This document shows, piece by piece, positions 41,501-49,382 of a DNA stretch of 64,000 bases (the stretch's first letter is position 1; the number at the start of each line of letters is the position of its first letter). The notes below the pieces were generated by a model. That model had not been told where the DNA came from and did not search any database. It was given only the letters and a program-made list of their open reading frames with translations. The position numbers and the translations under genes are program-made. The DNA is from a virus, in IMG/VR virus record IMGVR_UViG_3300048065_001187, positions 64,001-128,000 of that record; one strand, written 5' to 3'.

Positions 41501-41929
41501 ATCTGTTTAAGAAATGGTGGTGCTTTTACTCCGAAGTTCCTTGTGAAATCAAACAGTTTTTCACAAACAAATTATCGAGACAATATCACAAACTATGTGA
41601 AGCCAATTTTCATTACTAGCACATACATTGCTTCTAATGGAATCGTTGAAAATAATTCTTTTTACTACAACCACAATTTAGATGCTGCGGGTTATATCCA
41701 TCTTGGCGGGACACAACCCGAATCTTTCAAAAATAATTTATTTGTTTACGTTAACTCTGAAAACCCAAATCAAACCAGCACCCAGAGTTATGACATAAAT
41801 AATATTAATGGGAATTATTTTTATAACGCTCCCAACATTGCAGCAAACTCTTTAAATGTTATGCCTTTTATTGATCCTGAAGGTGGAGATTTTAGAATCA
41901 GGCCAAATTCTAATATTATAGGTGCTTAA
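38561..41929 (+). CDS. Tailspike/depolymerase-like protein with three pectin-lyase-like beta-helix modules
   Basis: N-terminal WVSGTSYVVGDRV (CBM5/12-like); three modules each ending in a (D)PxFV...DxRL...SxLIG-type motif. Confidence 0.72.
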   Translation: MATVYLKKVSSSSRSEWVSGTSYVVGDRVWIEDSSLVVSYTNVYGDQNKNAIRTYVCIKDTSSATSPLSNTTDWTEAGTKEYPYHSVGGNLTDSSISPESYLESTNDRAHSDLHYGSLFHHLKRGESGYSLGKLIILADEENPLFIATTALTFNQFEVEPDHSIKRVRIHMNDASIGSNVGHNDPDSTFGRAKKCDFYYSGNLPANNFIGGIYNNLNKIEFDECYFGEATRIGLSPINNPQINMGTRNFLGLNRCTIDFPNFNTDYITWDAQNHSNGVSSYIKNSTIRFKSVTSSYNILVYTSVIDIENSIFYASELQQDIFGFSSTQAYAATSVKNFVAYFRDEGAFTFDENAGAFTGTVTKIDPLFVDDSGDYRLRPNSPLIGGFETSARSKLESQYPDGKWFDSNAAAGGDGSWETPYHSLFDTIDSFSGVNTATVLVKEGDHPMYQGWDNSISGTPAQVHSKIEIIGINSNVRFTSENNLNSYVQFFTGGGTFNDTEFFYKNIDFHINNTSSYLNRGVIFNPKRNKLSLHQCKVSQSSTGEIMSDSVFYQAGTDAGNPAEIELIGLEYIAVTWRPSHVEGSAIFNTDCKVIAKNCTFLEPERSMLRTNHSVVKSIFLGKPHNQSIFENCIFRSDIEYGTGGYGSRQFFSPQANFYSGINSNLGLFKNCSISSKYGSFTDNANFDFRLYNHQENCSYEDPKFVNAALGSEDIRLQSSSPLIGGIAGNSSEEKLIKQAEGENKSYIFFDPNASGTGDGLSLVNACTDLLRAVDLSDSGGYVFVADMDFSFNGTFTVLKPIIFQALNPGKATWRQVASNGIFYLYPAASQQSIWRSAVVDEGNSYTSDTFKIHTSNLPNREGSVLGFKILDSFNDPVEIINHTYVDSWHYITLEREADLSAHMVGNQYMHIHNASSSDYGFRDMNLIDFNTDNNANGSGITVMTLSYGFGPLPLGTFIFERNKLLQNSNSSIVSNSKTGICLRNGGAFTPKFLVKSNSFSQTNYRDNITNYVKPIFITSTYIASNGIVENNSFYYNHNLDAAGYIHLGGTQPESFKNNLFVYVNSENPNQTSTQSYDINNINGNYFYNAPNIAANSLNVMPFIDPEGGDFRIRPNSNIIGA

Positions 41930-41953
41930 AGTTAAGTCTATTAATATTTTTTA

Positions 41954-41982
41954 TTGACAAACTATTTTTTTTGTGCTATATT
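41954..41982 (+). promoter_or_regulatory. Sigma70-type promoter, leaderless
   Basis: TTGACA-17-TATATT with TGn; ATG 7 nt downstream at 41990. Confidence 0.78.
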
Positions 41983-41989
41983 TTATAGC

Positions 41990-42529
41990 ATGTCAAATTT
42001 ATTATACAAAACTAGAACTTATTTAGTTGGCCATATGCAATATCTTAGTGGTCGAGATTGGCGTAAAGAAGTCACAGATAAACTTAATCGCCTTGAAATA
42101 ACCTGCTTCAATCCATACGAAAAACCATTCATAAAAGATGTCGAAGAAGATGAAGCTTCGCGTCAAGAAATGGAAACATGGATGAAAACTAAGCAGTATG
42201 ATCGCGTAACTGAAAAAATGAAAACAGTACGATCTTACGATCTGAATCTCGTTGATCGTAGTGATTTTATTGTAGCTCATTTAGTTCCTGATGTTGCTAG
42301 CTGGGGGAGTGCCGAAGAAATCGTTACTGCTGTACGCATGAAAAAACCTATTTTTATCAGCATGGAAGGCGGTAAATCAAAAACACCTCTTTGGATGCTA
42401 GGAATGTTGCCCCATAAATTTATTTATAATAATCTTGACGAAGTCATAGAAATGTTGTATGCTATAGATAATGGCAGTAAACCAATTGATTCAGATAGAT
42501 GGAGACTCTTAAGAAAGGAATATAGATAA
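41990..42529 (+). CDS. Nucleoside 2-deoxyribosyltransferase-like protein
   Basis: TYLVGHM..DWR, FNP, DLNLVDRSDFIV, SWGSAEE. Confidence 0.75.
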   Translation: MSNLLYKTRTYLVGHMQYLSGRDWRKEVTDKLNRLEITCFNPYEKPFIKDVEEDEASRQEMETWMKTKQYDRVTEKMKTVRSYDLNLVDRSDFIVAHLVPDVASWGSAEEIVTAVRMKKPIFISMEGGKSKTPLWMLGMLPHKFIYNNLDEVIEMLYAIDNGSKPIDSDRWRLLRKEYR

Positions 42530-42606
42530 TGGAAATGACTTTATTTTTAATTTTTGTGTTCGGATATATACTTTGCAAAAAAGGTGGAGACCTAAGAAAG
42601 TTTTAA
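42529..42606 (+). CDS. 25-aa hydrophobic peptide
   Basis: MEMTLFLIFVFGYILCKKGGDLRKF; TAATG-coupled. Confidence 0.45.
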   Translation: MEMTLFLIFVFGYILCKKGGDLRKF

Positions 42607-42642
42607 TTTAAATTTTAGTAACTAACATTAACATATAATATT

Positions 42643-42894
42643 ATGTCAGATAAAAAAGAAAATACAGAGTGGAATGATCGCGAGATCGGTGCATTATGGG
42701 TAAACGTAAAGCAAGGCAGTAATGACAAGTACCTAACGGGGCAAGTCAATGGAGAAAAGGTCATCATGTTTAAAAACAAGTACAAGGATGATAATCCTAA
42801 GGCTCCAGATTTCCGTATGTACAAGCAAAAAGATCAAGAAGGAGCTACCAAGTCTGCTCAAAAACAAGAAGAACCTGAAGTAGATCTTATCTAA
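42643..42894 (+). CDS. DUF736-like small ssDNA-binding protein
   Basis: EIGALW, YLTG, KAPDFR, acidic C-terminal tail. Confidence 0.65.
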   Translation: MSDKKENTEWNDREIGALWVNVKQGSNDKYLTGQVNGEKVIMFKNKYKDDNPKAPDFRMYKQKDQEGATKSAQKQEEPEVDLI

Positions 42895-44015
42895 TGAACA
42901 ATAAGTACGGATTAGTTTGTGTTTCTAAAATCCTACAAGAAGAAGATAAATCAAATTCTTTTGTAGGCATCACTAGAAAAGCTTATGCTGAGCTTGCGTC
43001 AGAAAAAGGCGATCAAGAAGCAAAGAAAAAACTGAAAGATGAAATCCTTCATAATCTAAACTTAACTGTAAAGATTATAGATTTCTGCCGTACTAATAAT
43101 ATTGATCACTATAGATTAAATACTTCTATCTTTGGCATCATAGCAGATCCTTCCTTTGATTTATCTGTCAATGATTTACCTCAGCGTGAAGATGTTCTTG
43201 ATGCAATCAAAGAGATAGGAAGAACTTCTATTACAAAAGGGGTATCTTTATCCATTCAGCCTGATAAATTTTGTAAGCTGATAGACGATGACGATGGTGT
43301 TGTAGAGAAATCAATCAAGGAGTTAAATTTCTACTCTTGGTTTCTTGATGAAATCGGAACGCAGGAGAATATTTCTGCTCCGATCCATCTGCATCTAAAC
43401 TCTCAGCCTGAAAAACAAGATCATGATTCTTACTGTGATTTCACTGATAGGTTTTATGAGAATTTTAAGGAACTTGATTCAGGAGCTCAGCGGCGTTTAG
43501 TTTTAAAGAATGCTGACCATGGTGTTTGGAGTGCGTTTAATTTATTTAAATATTTGCATGTCTATTGTTTTGAAGAACACGATTTTGGATTTCCTTTGGC
43601 ATACAATAATTTATTTGATTCCTTAAACCCATCTAAAATAGATAACTCAGTTGTCGATCAACAGATAAATGTAGGAGCATTTCACGAAACATGGAGCGGT
43701 GTTGTTCCTGTTTTTACTTGGACTGAATCTAAAAGTGCAGATCAACCAAGGGCATTTGCCCCTGAGCTTTCTGCTCATATTCCTGACTTTGGTTATCAAA
43801 TCAAATGGGAAGTAGATGTCACTGACAAGGACATAGCTATACTAAAATTATTCTCTGAAGAAGGTCCAAGCAGAATTTCTGAAGAGGCTCTTCGTAAGAT
43901 TACTCGTGGAAGATATCAAAAAGTAACCAACAACTATAATGCACTATATGAAGCGGCGAGACAAGTCAACATTGTTGCTGAAAACAATGACGATCAAATA
44001 GTTGGCGGACAATAA
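42894..44015 (+). CDS. UV-damage endonuclease (UvdE)-fold protein, probably inactive
   Basis: YGLVC, HNL, YRLNTSIF, VVEKSIKEL match UvdE; metal-ligand positions appear substituted. Confidence 0.7.
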   Translation: MNNKYGLVCVSKILQEEDKSNSFVGITRKAYAELASEKGDQEAKKKLKDEILHNLNLTVKIIDFCRTNNIDHYRLNTSIFGIIADPSFDLSVNDLPQREDVLDAIKEIGRTSITKGVSLSIQPDKFCKLIDDDDGVVEKSIKELNFYSWFLDEIGTQENISAPIHLHLNSQPEKQDHDSYCDFTDRFYENFKELDSGAQRRLVLKNADHGVWSAFNLFKYLHVYCFEEHDFGFPLAYNNLFDSLNPSKIDNSVVDQQINVGAFHETWSGVVPVFTWTESKSADQPRAFAPELSAHIPDFGYQIKWEVDVTDKDIAILKLFSEEGPSRISEEALRKITRGRYQKVTNNYNALYEAARQVNIVAENNDDQIVGGQ

Positions 44016-44067
44016 GTGTAATATATTTCGGTTTTTTGGTATAAAAAATAGTTCTTTAACATTTTAT

Positions 44068-44435
44068 GGGCGTGTACTGGATTCGATTTAAATTGGATTA
44101 GTATACTGCAAGTAGGAGTTGCATCTGGCTCCTTAAAAAGGTGCAAAAGTTTACATGGCAATAAAGCACGTGTTAAGACCTTTGGTTTTCGTAAGACTGC
44201 CAAGGTCGCAATGGCAGCATAAAGTCTGTCACCTCGTAACTTTTGACGCAGATAAAAAGATTGCGGGGTTATCAATCTGCAAAACAGATAAAAGTTTTCT
44301 TGTATAATAAACTGTAAATAATTGAAACAAGAAGTTGGATGTTAATATCATAACTTTAAAAAAAATTAACTAAACTTGTAGATGTATATTCTTAAAGGTT
44401 TAAAGACGGGAGTTCGACTCTCCCCACGTCCACCA
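44068..44435 (+). ncRNA. ssrA: tmRNA
   Basis: Acceptor GGGCGTG/CACGTCC-ACCA with G3.U70, GGATTCGA motif, T-arm GGGAG-TTCGACT-CTCCC, pk1, tag ORF 44157-44222 ending AA-stop. Confidence 0.95.
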
Positions 44436-44442
44436 TTTTACT

Positions 44443-45723
44443 ATGAATACAAACGAATTAAACAGAAGAGAATTTATTGCTAGAGCCGCCAAATCTTATT
44501 TGGGGGTAGGGCTAATGCCTTTGGTTGGGTCTTACATTCACGATAACGCATATGCCCTCACCCCGGGCACTCGCCCTGCAAAAGCACGGCATGTCATTTA
44601 CTTGAATATGGCTGGAGCAATGTCGCATCTAGACACCCTTGACCCCAAGCCTCAAAGCCCCGATGTTCAAGGTCCAGTTGAAGCTATACAAACAAGTGTT
44701 GATGATTTATTTCTTTCTGAAAACTTACCTACAGTTGCTAGGCATATGCATAATGCCGCCATTGTTCGTTCAGTAACCAGTAATCAAGGTGCACATGAAC
44801 AGGCTAGCTATCTTATGCATACAAGCTATCAAAAACGCGGCACAATTGTACATCCAACCTTTGGTAGCTGGGTTTCAAAACTTTCCGGCTCTATCAACAG
44901 AACTATTCCTGCGAATGTAAAGATCGGTGGGGGAGGAGGCGGAGCTGGCTTCTTAGAATCTCGCTACGGAGCTTTACCTCTTAGAAATCCTAAAGCAGGG
45001 TTAGCTAACAGCTCAATGGCTGACTATTTAGACAGCACACAATTTAATGATAGAATAAAAGCTGCGGAACAATTAAATGCAGTATTTAGCGAGCAATATA
45101 ATCAAAAACAAATTCGTGCTTATACTGATTTATATAAAGATGCAGTTAAATTAATGCAGAGTGAAGATTTAAAGGCATTTGATATTTCTGCTGAGCCAGA
45201 AGCTGTGACTGAATTATACGGAGACAGTAACTTTGGTCAGGGATGCTTGCTTGCAAGAAGATTGATTGAGAATAAAGTTCGGTATGTTGAAGTAACTCGC
45301 GGGGGATGGGATACACATGATAACAATTTTGATCGCGTGGCTGCTAATTGTGCAGATATTGATAAAGCATTAGGTGCATTACTTTTTGATTTAGAAATTC
45401 GTGGACTACTTAATGAAACCTTAGTTGTTCTTACATCTGAATTTGGGCGCACTCCTAAAATCAATCCAAGAGATGGTAGAGATCATTGGCCAAAAGCTTT
45501 CTCTGCTTTCTTTGCTGGTGGAGCAGTAAAAGGCGGCACAATATATGGTCAGAGCGATGATAAAGGTATGGAAGTTGCGGAAAACCCTGTAAAACCTGAG
45601 GATTTAAATGCAACAATAGCTTATGCATTAGGGTTATCGCTTAACGACATTCATTACTCTCCCTCTGGAAGACCTTTTCAAATTGCACACAAAGGTCAAC
45701 CAATTCTAGATATATTAGCATAA
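44443..45723 (+). CDS. DUF1501 family protein with Tat signal
   Basis: LNRREF twin-arginine, VIYLNMAGAMSHLDTLDPKP, GCLLARRLIE, GWDTH, SEFGRTP, GRDHW. Confidence 0.92.
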   Translation: MNTNELNRREFIARAAKSYLGVGLMPLVGSYIHDNAYALTPGTRPAKARHVIYLNMAGAMSHLDTLDPKPQSPDVQGPVEAIQTSVDDLFLSENLPTVARHMHNAAIVRSVTSNQGAHEQASYLMHTSYQKRGTIVHPTFGSWVSKLSGSINRTIPANVKIGGGGGGAGFLESRYGALPLRNPKAGLANSSMADYLDSTQFNDRIKAAEQLNAVFSEQYNQKQIRAYTDLYKDAVKLMQSEDLKAFDISAEPEAVTELYGDSNFGQGCLLARRLIENKVRYVEVTRGGWDTHDNNFDRVAANCADIDKALGALLFDLEIRGLLNETLVVLTSEFGRTPKINPRDGRDHWPKAFSAFFAGGAVKGGTIYGQSDDKGMEVAENPVKPEDLNATIAYALGLSLNDIHYSPSGRPFQIAHKGQPILDILA

Positions 45724-45749
45724 AAAACCCCCTATTTCTAGGGGGCTTT
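45722..45749. terminator. Probable bidirectional intrinsic terminator
   Basis: AAAAAA-CCCCCTA-TTTC-TAGGGGG-CTTT between convergent genes. Confidence 0.7.
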
Positions 45750-45792
45750 ACTTTTGGAAAGCTAGCTTTCGCTAACGGTATTAAATAATTAA

Positions 45793-46599
45793 TTATTCAG
45801 GGCGTTTACCTAAAGGTTTTCCGTCTTGACCAATTTCACCAGCTCTAATTTTAGTCGCCGATACCTCTTGAAGCTCTTTACTTAACTCAAGTTGCTCAAT
45901 ATTGTAGCCTACGCCCCTTCCATAAAACACATCTGTAATATTAGGAAGTTCAACTACTTTTATTTTATTCCCAAATTCAGAACATGCTGCATGTATTTCT
46001 GCTTTTACTTTTTCAAAATCATAAGGATTCTTTTCGTCTATACCAGCAACATCTCTTAATGCTATACAGCATTGCCCTGTTCTTTTGATTGATTCTGCTA
46101 CCAAAGTTTTGTGTCCAATATGAAACGGTTGATATCTACCTATGAGTAGTGCTGTTGGTGCTTGATTATCCCATGCTTCTGTCTCATTTAATTTATCCAT
46201 AACTTTATCTGCCCAATCGTCTGCATTGCCATCAGTCAATCTAATATCGTAGTTCAGGGGACGTTCAAACATTTTATTAGTATCTTCGTATCTACCTTCC
46301 ATGATTCTATCAACCCATATTGTGAAGTCAGCCCCAAAAGCTTGCCTTGTTTCTTGCGTCGGGCAAACGAAGTCGGCAATTACATATCCTCCACCTAATT
46401 TAGCCCAATCGCAAAGCTTTCCCATTCTTGTGGCATGCTTTATTCTATCTTCTGAGGAAAACCCTAGCTCAGAATATATGTCCTGCCTAACAGCATCTGC
46501 ATTAAACCATGCGGCGTTTAACTTGTGAACCAATATTTCGGCAAGTGTTGTTTTGCCGGAACCAGGTAGACCCATAATTAAAATTTTTCTCTTAGTCAT
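45793..46599 (-). CDS. cysC: Adenylylsulfate kinase fused to a HIGH nucleotidyltransferase domain
   Basis: GLPGSGKTT, ADAVRQ..ELGFSSEDR, DFVCP; C-domain GRYQPFHIGH and SATKIR. Confidence 0.8.
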   Translation of the reverse strand: MTKRKILIMGLPGSGKTTLAEILVHKLNAAWFNADAVRQDIYSELGFSSEDRIKHATRMGKLCDWAKLGGGYVIADFVCPTQETRQAFGADFTIWVDRIMEGRYEDTNKMFERPLNYDIRLTDGNADDWADKVMDKLNETEAWDNQAPTALLIGRYQPFHIGHKTLVAESIKRTGQCCIALRDVAGIDEKNPYDFEKVKAEIHAACSEFGNKIKVVELPNITDVFYGRGVGYNIEQLELSKELQEVSATKIRAGEIGQDGKPLGKRPE

Positions 46600-46640
46600 G
46601 ATTTATATTACATCCAAATCATAAAAGTTAGAAAAAAAAC

Positions 46641-46669
46641 TTGACTTTAAAATGAATCTTTAGTATACT
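46641..46669 (+). promoter_or_regulatory. Sigma70-type promoter
   Basis: TTGACT-17-TATACT, 14 nt before ATG 46684. Confidence 0.75.
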
Positions 46670-46683
46670 CTGTATATTCAATT

Positions 46684-46896
46684 ATGAAAATTATTCGAAA
46701 AAATGTTATTAAAGGCTCAGATACCGTTTATGTAGTAACTCGTAACGGTAGAAGAGTTGAGGATACTAATTATAAAACAAAGCATGAAGCGGAATATCGA
46801 GCAGATTGCTTACATGAAATGGTTAAACAGTATGACCACACATCTGTTGGAAAAATTGATATTGTTTACACATCAAGGCCTCATAAAATTTATTAA
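46684..46896 (+). CDS. Hypothetical protein
   Basis: 70 aa ORF coupled to dut. Confidence 0.6.
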   Translation: MKIIRKNVIKGSDTVYVVTRNGRRVEDTNYKTKHEAEYRADCLHEMVKQYDHTSVGKIDIVYTSRPHKIY

Positions 46897-47324
46897 TGAA
46901 AGTAAAATTTAAAAAATTAGTACCGCATGCCCAGCCTCCTTCTCAGGCTAATTCTGGTGACGCTGGTTACGATCTAACGGCTACAGCAGTAAACTATCCT
47001 ACTGTAAGCGAAGGTGTATTTACTGAAATTTGCACAGGATTATCTTTTGAGATACCAAAAGGTTATGTAGGTCTTGTTTTTCCTAGGTCTAGCATCAGCA
47101 AGACTAAGCATTTTTTAAGAAATTCTGTTGGTGTTATTGATAGTGGGTATCGTGGCGAAGTAAAACTTAGATTTTCTACAGACGAATCCAATACATCTTA
47201 CAAGATAGGTGATAGGGTTGGTCAAATTGTATTTATTAAATTACCTAAAATAGAATTAATAGAATCTGATGCTTTATCTGATTCACAAAGAAGCAAAGGA
47301 GGCTTTGGTAGCAGTGGCTCTTAA
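46896..47324 (+). CDS. dut: dUTPase
   Basis: DAGYDL, PRSS, GVIDSGYRGE, GDRVGQ, RSKGGFGSSG. Confidence 0.96.
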   Translation: MKVKFKKLVPHAQPPSQANSGDAGYDLTATAVNYPTVSEGVFTEICTGLSFEIPKGYVGLVFPRSSISKTKHFLRNSVGVIDSGYRGEVKLRFSTDESNTSYKIGDRVGQIVFIKLPKIELIESDALSDSQRSKGGFGSSGS

Positions 47325-47532
47325 TTACAATATAATAAATTATTGCTTAAATAAGTTTTGTCCTTATTTAATTATCTCTTTCTTATTATTTTATAATTCT
47401 GGACTCGACTTATGGAAAGGTGGTATCATTTTTTTGGCCTGTTGTTTTGCTGACAAGTTTTCTTTTCGTGCAGGTTACAGTCTAGCGTATTGTCAAGCTA
47501 AAGGTATAGATTTAAATAAAGATGCTGAATAA
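47269..47532 (+). CDS. Small membrane protein (start uncertain)
   Basis: Two hydrophobic segments. Confidence 0.45.
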   Translation: MLYLIHKEAKEALVAVALNYNIINYCLNKFCPYLIISFLLFYNSGLDLWKGGIIFLACCFADKFSFRAGYSLAYCQAKGIDLNKDAE

Positions 47533-47782
47533 TTTATTAACTAAGATGCAATCGTTCTCTCGTAGGCTTAAAAGAGCTATGTCAGGGCAAAGATACTACC
47601 TTATTTATCGTTGTGCCGATGGAAAAACAAAAACATATCTGATAGGAGATATTGATTTATATAAATCTTTTGGTAATAAAAATGAAAGCAGGGACAACGC
47701 TGGATTCAGAGCCTATTGTTTTGCTAGAAAGCAAATCAGATCCTTCAGGCATGACAGAATAGTTTCCCTTACGAAGAAATAA
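47522..47782 (+). CDS. Stand-alone WYL-like domain protein
   Basis: RAYCFARKQIRSFRHDRI matches the WYL C-terminal signature. Confidence 0.65.
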   Translation: MLNNLLTKMQSFSRRLKRAMSGQRYYLIYRCADGKTKTYLIGDIDLYKSFGNKNESRDNAGFRAYCFARKQIRSFRHDRIVSLTKK

Positions 47783-47784
47783 TT

Positions 47785-48363
47785 TTGGATGCTTTTTTTA
47801 GTATTTGTTTCATTGTAGGTATATTTATATATCTATATGTTCAATATTTTAATACCCCGAAAGAAGATAATTCATCCGAAATTGACACAATTTTAGAGCG
47901 AGAAAGGGATAAAGAAATATTTTATACCCAACAAATCAATAAATTAGGTGATGAAATAAATTTATTGAAAAACAAGTCAGCCGAACTTAATATCTTAAAT
48001 ACTAATCTTGAAAAATCATATAGCGAATTAGAAACAGACTATATAAAAAATAAAAACGACTTAGAAAATCAAATTTTTGAAATTTCTGAACAAAAAAAGA
48101 AAGTAACATCCCAAAAGAAAAGTAGTGAAGTACGACTTGGACATATTGCCGAAACTCTGGCACCTTTTCTCGATCAATTTGAATTTGATCCTGAAACTTG
48201 TGTCTTTCTAGGAAAACCTATTGACTATATATCTTTTGGAGACGATGAAATCACACTTATTGAAGTTAAAAGTGGCAAAAGCCAGCTTAATTCTAGGCAA
48301 CGCCATATTAGAGATCAAGTAAAAGCTAAACTTGTATCTTGGAAAGAAGTAAGAATTAAATAA
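47785..48363 (+). CDS. Membrane-anchored Holliday-junction-resolvase-like endonuclease
   Basis: N-terminal TM and coiled coil; GHIAETLAPF, FLGKPIDYI, IEVKSG. Confidence 0.78.
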   Translation: MDAFFSICFIVGIFIYLYVQYFNTPKEDNSSEIDTILERERDKEIFYTQQINKLGDEINLLKNKSAELNILNTNLEKSYSELETDYIKNKNDLENQIFEISEQKKKVTSQKKSSEVRLGHIAETLAPFLDQFEFDPETCVFLGKPIDYISFGDDEITLIEVKSGKSQLNSRQRHIRDQVKAKLVSWKEVRIK

Positions 48364-48386
48364 TTTTTATTAACACAAACATAGTT

Positions 48387-49040
48387 ATGAATACTACTAA
48401 AATCATTGTGACTGCCCTTCTAGGGTTTTTTATTAACGCCGCTTCTGCTCAGCAGAATTCAGCTAACATCGGATATACTTCTGATTATTTTTATAGAGGT
48501 GCCGCAGTTGCTGAAGAATCAGTTCAAAGTTCGATTGGTGCAAGCTACGAACTTTCTTCTGTTACCCTGTCAGCAGGAGCCTTTACTAATCAGGCTGTAG
48601 AAAACGGATCAGATGTTTATATTCTTACTGCAGGAGCTTCAACAAGCTTTGCGGATGATTTAGTCTCTCTTTACGGTGGACTGAATCATTTTGAGGATGT
48701 AGATGGAGTTTCTTTGTTTGAGTTTGCTCTTTCTGCTGGCTTAAGCACCCCTCTTTCTCCAACTGTGAATCTTTATCGTTCATTTGATGATGATTTATTT
48801 ACTTGGGAAATTGGCATTAGCCATAAGTTTGACCTTGAAGTTGTCGGTCTTTGCCTCCATGCCTTGTATGGTGAATCTGAATTGACTGAAGCACTTGAGT
48901 CAGACTATTTCACTGCGGGAGCTAACTTATCCAAAGGTATAAGTGATAATGCAGAAGTCGTTTTGTCTGCCGATTATGTTGATTCTGATATCACTCAAGA
49001 TGAGTGGGTTTTTGGTGGTGCAGTTTCAATCAAGTTCTAA
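48387..49040 (+). CDS. Outer-membrane beta-barrel protein (TIGR02001/Gcw_chp-like)
   Basis: Sec signal (ASA/QQ), YTSDYFYRG, alternating beta strands, C-terminal Phe. Confidence 0.78.
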   Translation: MNTTKIIVTALLGFFINAASAQQNSANIGYTSDYFYRGAAVAEESVQSSIGASYELSSVTLSAGAFTNQAVENGSDVYILTAGASTSFADDLVSLYGGLNHFEDVDGVSLFEFALSAGLSTPLSPTVNLYRSFDDDLFTWEIGISHKFDLEVVGLCLHALYGESELTEALESDYFTAGANLSKGISDNAEVVLSADYVDSDITQDEWVFGGAVSIKF

Positions 49041-49059
49041 TTTAACCCTAATATAAAAC

Positions 49060-49311
49060 ATGAAAAATACTATTGATCTAATCAAGTCCTTCGCAGGAGG
49101 TATTACTAGCGTATTGCTTTCCATTATTGGATTGCTTGTTGTTGCCCAAGTCGTATTCGGTGCAGGTGCACCTATCGATATCATCAGCAATCTTCAGCAA
49201 GTCGTAACCGGCTTTGTTGGTGAAGGAGCAAGTCTTGCAGGTATCATTACATTACTTCTTCTTGTTGCCCTTTTCCAAAAAGGAAATTGCTGCGACTCTG
49301 GTAAAAAGTAA
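49060..49311 (+). CDS. Small two-TM membrane protein
   Basis: Two hydrophobic helices; follows the OMP gene. Confidence 0.7.
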   Translation: MKNTIDLIKSFAGGITSVLLSIIGLLVVAQVVFGAGAPIDIISNLQQVVTGFVGEGASLAGIITLLLLVALFQKGNCCDSGKK

Positions 49312-49320
49312 TTTTTATCC

Positions 49321-49349
49321 TTGACTTATTAGAGGGAGGCGGCTATAAT
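49321..49349 (+). promoter_or_regulatory. Sigma70 promoter of the methyltransferase, overlapping a hairpin
   Basis: TTGACT-17-TATAAT. Confidence 0.7.
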
Positions 49350-49367
49350 AGTCGTCTCCCTCTTTTA
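49331..49367 (+). terminator. Intrinsic terminator
   Basis: AGAGGGAGGCGGCTA-TAA-TAGTCGTCTCCCTCT followed by TTTA; two G.U pairs. Confidence 0.75.
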
Positions 49368-49382
49368 TTATATACCATAAAT

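Noticed and set aside
43994-44275. 93-aa minus-strand ORF
   Set aside because: Antisense to the well-formed tmRNA
44401-44435. Possible tRNA
   Set aside because: The T-arm and acceptor pair with 44068, about 360 nt upstream, with a tag ORF between; it is a tmRNA
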